Virus record (IMG/VR): IMGVR_UViG_2909246061_000003
Span: 1 to 8,684 of that record
Direction: 5' to 3' (one strand)
DNA length: 8,684 nt
Source: a virus
Lineage: Duplodnaviria > Heunggongvirae > Uroviricota > Caudoviricetes
Both the position numbers and the translations under genes were made by a program. Each line of letters begins with the position of its first letter. Position 1 is the stretch's first letter. Positions 6,502 through 8,684 of the stretch are shown here, piece by piece. The notes under the pieces are model-generated. The model was not told the DNA's origin, ran no database searches, and saw nothing but the letters and a program-made list of their open reading frames with translations.

Positions 6502-6860
6502 TTCACATCCCTAAAGACAATGAACTTTGAATAAATAAACCCGCACACCAGACTGATGGCGGAGAACAGAATTAAGGTGATGATTGGTGCCAGACCAGAT
6601 TTATCCGCCGCCCAACCCACAGCTGCGCTAAGCGTCCCCATAAAGCCGACGTAAAGCATGTATCGCATGGTTGTTGTGGATGACTTAAACGTGAATCTGG
6701 CATTTGCGAAGAAGCTAAATGACACAGCCACAACGAACCCGGCAAAGTTGCCAAGGGCCTGTCCTGTATGGAATGCATAGATGCAAATTGCGAACACTAC
6801 CCAGTGAATGAGCGTGTTAATGACACCTATCGATGTGTACTTGGCGAATAACTTTAACAT
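6498..6860 (-). CDS. gtrA: GtrA flippase for bactoprenol-linked glucose
   Basis: 120 aa from ATG 6860. [23 protein letters not shown]...[12 protein letters not shown]...YSKFIVFRD matches phage GtrA proteins, which are about 120 aa. The track's GTG 6923 start adds 21 non-homologous residues and is rejected. Confidence 0.9.
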   Translation of the reverse strand: MLKLFAKYTSIGVINTLIHWVVFAICIYAFHTGQALGNFAGFVVAVSFSFFANARFTFKSSTTTMRYMLYVGFMGTLSAAVGWAADKSGLAPIITLILFSAISLVCGFIYSKFIVFRDVK

Positions 6861-6936
6861 TATAGAAATCAGTGAATTCGGAAAGGTCTGAAGTGTAGCA
6901 CCACAAACGCTATTGATCGACACCGCCGATCAGTAC

Positions 6937-6950
6937 TACTGTATTAATAT
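6937..6950. promoter_or_regulatory. Left half of a LexA (SOS) box split by the IS
   Basis: TACTGT + ATTAATAT abuts the IS left end. Together with 8275-8280 it reconstructs TACTGTATTAATATACAGTA (CTGT-N8-ACAG). Confidence 0.7.
6943..6950. repeat. Target-site duplication, left copy (ATTAATAT)
   Basis: An identical 8-mer occurs at 8267-8274, directly flanking the IS inverted repeats. An 8-bp duplication is the ISL3-family hallmark. Confidence 0.85.
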
Positions 6951-8266
6951 GGGTCTTCCCTTGTTGTGGTGGCTGAAGGCATGATAATGGTGTATTTAAT
7001 CGCCAGAGGTCACCGCCATGGACGAAAAGTCCCTCTACGCTCATATTCTCAACCTGTCCGATCCGTGGCAGGTAAAGTCCCTTTCTCTCGATGAAAATGC
7101 CGGTTCTGTTACTGTCACTATTGAGATCGCTGAAAACACCCGGCTAGCCTGTCCGGCCTGCGGTAAATCCTGTTCTGTTCACGATCACCGTCATCGTAAA
7201 TGGCGCCATCTTGATACCTGCCAGTTCACCACTATTGTTGAAGCCGATGTTCCACGAATTATGTGTCCGGAGCATGGCTGTCAGACGTTGCCTGTTCCGT
7301 GGGCTGGCCCCGGAAGCCGGTATACGTTGCTGTTCGAATTGTTCGTTCTCTCATGGCTGAAAATCAGCACCGTTGATGCTGTCAGGAAGCAACTTAAGCT
7401 CAGCTGGAATGCGGTTGACGGCATTATGACCCGGGCAGTTAAGCGAGGTCTTGCCCGGATAAAAAAGCCATTATCCGCCCGTCATATGAATGTGGATGAG
7501 GTCGCCTTTAAAAAAGGACATCGTTACATAACGGTGATCTCCGATCGCGATGGTCGGGCGCTGGCCTTAACGGATGATCGCGGCACAGAGAGTCTTGCCG
7601 GCTATCTTCGCACACTCACTGATGGGCAGTTGCTGGCTATCAAAACGCTCTCAATGGACATGAACGCGGGCTATATAAGAGCAGCGCGCATCCACTTACC
7701 CAGCGCGGTTGAGAAAATCGCCTTTGACCGCTTCCATGTGGCGAAGCAACTGGGCGAGGTAGTTGATAAAACCCGTCAGAATGAACATCCGCACCTCCCT
7801 GTTGAAAGCCGACGCCAGGCAAAAGGAACCCGCTTCCTGTGGCAGTACAGTGATAAGTGGATGACTGAATCCCGGCAGGAAAAGCTGATGTGGCTGCGTG
7901 CACAGATGAAGCTGACGAGCCAGTGCTGGGCGCTGAAAGAGCTGGCAAAGGATATCTGGAACAGGCCATGGAGCGAGGAAAGGCGGAGTGACTGGCAGAG
8001 ATGGCTGGCGCTGGCGGCTAACAGTGACGTTCCCATGATGAAAAATGCTGCGAAAACGATAGGAAAAAGGCTGTACGGGATCCTGAATGCGATGCGACAC
8101 AGTGTCTCAAACGGAAATGCGGAGGCACTTAACAGCAAGATAAGGTTGCTGAGAATAAAAGCCAGGGGATACCGAAACCGGGAGCGCTTTAAACTGGGAG
8201 TGATGTTCCACTACGGTAAGCTGAATATGGAGTTCTGAGCCTTCCCACCATGATCGGGGAAGACCC
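6951..8266 (+). mobile_element. ISL3-family insertion sequence, 1316 bp, apparently intact
   Basis: Imperfect terminal inverted repeats of about 28-30 bp. IRL is GGGTCTTCCCTTGTTGTGGTGGCTGAAGGC (6951-6980). The reverse complement of IRR is GGGTCTTCCCCGATCATGGTGGGAAGGC (8266-8239). There is a single transposase ORF and an 8-bp direct-repeat flank. Confidence 0.9.
7018..8238 (+). CDS. ISL3-family DDE transposase
   Basis: 406 aa. It has an N-terminal zinc-finger region (CPACGK...CPEHGC), a DDE core (..MDMNAGY.., ..FDRFHV.., ..SNGNAEALNSKIRLLRIKARGYRN) and the length typical of ISL3 transposases. AGAGG lies upstream of the ATG. Confidence 0.95.
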   Translation: MDEKSLYAHILNLSDPWQVKSLSLDENAGSVTVTIEIAENTRLACPACGKSCSVHDHRHRKWRHLDTCQFTTIVEADVPRIMCPEHGCQTLPVPWAGPGSRYTLLFELFVLSWLKISTVDAVRKQLKLSWNAVDGIMTRAVKRGLARIKKPLSARHMNVDEVAFKKGHRYITVISDRDGRALALTDDRGTESLAGYLRTLTDGQLLAIKTLSMDMNAGYIRAARIHLPSAVEKIAFDRFHVAKQLGEVVDKTRQNEHPHLPVESRRQAKGTRFLWQYSDKWMTESRQEKLMWLRAQMKLTSQCWALKELAKDIWNRPWSEERRSDWQRWLALAANSDVPMMKNAAKTIGKRLYGILNAMRHSVSNGNAEALNSKIRLLRIKARGYRNRERFKLGVMFHYGKLNMEF

Positions 8267-8274
8267 ATTAATAT
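8267..8274. repeat. Target-site duplication, right copy (ATTAATAT)
   Basis: See the left copy at 6943-6950. Confidence 0.85.
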
Positions 8275-8280
8275 ACAGTA
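8267..8280. promoter_or_regulatory. Right half of the split LexA (SOS) box
   Basis: ATTAATAT + ACAGTA, ending 17 nt upstream of the umuD-like ATG. Confidence 0.7.
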
Positions 8281-8297
8281 ACTATCGGAGGTGAGTT

Positions 8298-8684
8298 ATG
8301 GGATTCCCGAGTCCGGCTCAAGACTATGTTGAAGAGCGCGTATTGCTCGACAAGCGCATCATAAGCAGACCAGCGGCCACGTATTTCATGAGAGCGGGTG
8401 CAACGCATCACCGCGAAGGCATCCTGAATGGTGCTCTTCTGGTAGTGGATGCATCGCTATCACCATGTGACGGCTCGTTGCTGGTTTGCAGAATGGAAGG
8501 TGAGCTGAGGATTAAGCGATATCGCAAATCACCAAAGCCTCACCTGGAGGATTTGCAGACGGGAAGGCGTGAGGAGATACCGGCACACGATGACGGCACG
8601 AGTCCGGATGCGATATTTGGTGTGATCACCTACATCATAAACGATGCACGCTCTGGCGAGTTTGATGATTGTCTGATTATGTGA
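8298..8684 (+). CDS. umuD: UmuD'-like S24-family protein (Pol V accessory subunit homologue lacking the N-terminal arm)
   Basis: 128 aa, with SD GGAGG at 8287-8291 and an in-frame TGA at 8292-8294 that excludes a longer N-terminus. M-GFPSPAQDYVEERV.. aligns with E. coli UmuD from Gly25 (GFPSPAADYVEQRI..). The alignment continues through ATYF, LLVVD, ELRIKRY (Lys97 equivalent kept) and FGVI. The GDSM motif is replaced by ATHH. Confidence 0.85.
   Translation: MGFPSPAQDYVEERVLLDKRIISRPAATYFMRAGATHHREGILNGALLVVDASLSPCDGSLLVCRMEGELRIKRYRKSPKPHLEDLQTGRREEIPAHDDGTSPDAIFGVITYIINDARSGEFDDCLIM

Noticed and set aside
4042-6778. ORFs 4042..4257, 5894..6091 and 6146..6415 (plus strand, antisense to gtrC/gtrB) and 6572..6778 (minus strand, alternate frame inside gtrA)
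   Set aside because: They are shadow or alternate-frame ORFs within strongly supported membrane and GT2 genes. AT-rich antisense frames readily stay open.
6861-6923. 21-codon N-terminal extension of gtrA from GTG 6923
   Set aside because: GtrA proteins are about 120 aa and begin MLKLFAKY. The extension has no homology and would consume the promoter region.
6861-6950. attR or a tRNA 3' fragment expected next to gtrA at the prophage end
   Set aside because: I could not find a T-arm/acceptor-like sequence or a CCA-proximal tRNA fragment here. The prophage boundary therefore cannot be called from this window.
6937-6960. An apparent longer 24-bp IS terminal inverted repeat that includes TACTGTAT..
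   Set aside because: The extra symmetry comes from the palindromic LexA box that was split, not from the element. The 8-bp direct repeat ATTAATAT places the true IS ends at 6951 and 8266 (GGGTCTTCCC termini).
7640-8138. Three minus-strand ORFs (109, 134 and 120 aa) inside the transposase gene
   Set aside because: They are antisense to an intact ISL3 transposase, Pro/Ser/Arg-rich, and typical of GC-rich shadow frames.
8239-8297. Hybrid outward promoter formed by the IS right end and the flanking TAATAT
   Set aside because: No acceptable -35 hexamer lies 16-18 nt upstream of TAATAT or TATACA within the IRR. Read-through from the transposase gene is the more defensible route.
1-8684. CRISPR arrays, tRNA/rRNA genes and long tandem repeats
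   Set aside because: I saw none on either strand. The only repeat structures are the ori iterons, the IS inverted repeats with their target duplication, and small terminator hairpins.

Overview
The window is a heavily eroded lambdoid prophage. Early-left genes lie on the minus strand: an xis-like gene, small ORFs and a truncated Ea22-like gene. A nutR-cII-O-Q-PR' skeleton lies on the plus strand, and several segments look nearly identical to phage lambda as I recall it. At least three internal deletions have removed the immunity/recombination region, the P/nin region and the lysis/morphogenesis region. An intact, visibly AT-rich gtrA-gtrB-gtrC-type O-antigen glycosylation (serotype-conversion) operon remains on the minus strand (3984-6860). 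Just beyond gtrA sits a 1316-bp ISL3-family insertion sequence (6951-8266) with an 8-bp target duplication, ATTAATAT. It has landed in the centre of a near-consensus LexA (SOS) box. That box precedes a umuD homologue (8298-8684) that starts at the residue equivalent to the UmuD autocleavage product and lacks the canonical Ser nucleophile. The split SOS box and the UmuD'-type gene are the observations I rate highest. The others are a divergent 533-aa third gtr gene, an origin with its own iteron set, a promoter-to-double-terminator cassette of small ORFs, and orphaned lambda regulatory sites now aimed at new neighbours. I saw no tRNA, rRNA or CRISPR array. All homology statements come from reading the translations and from memory of reference sequences. 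No search was run.
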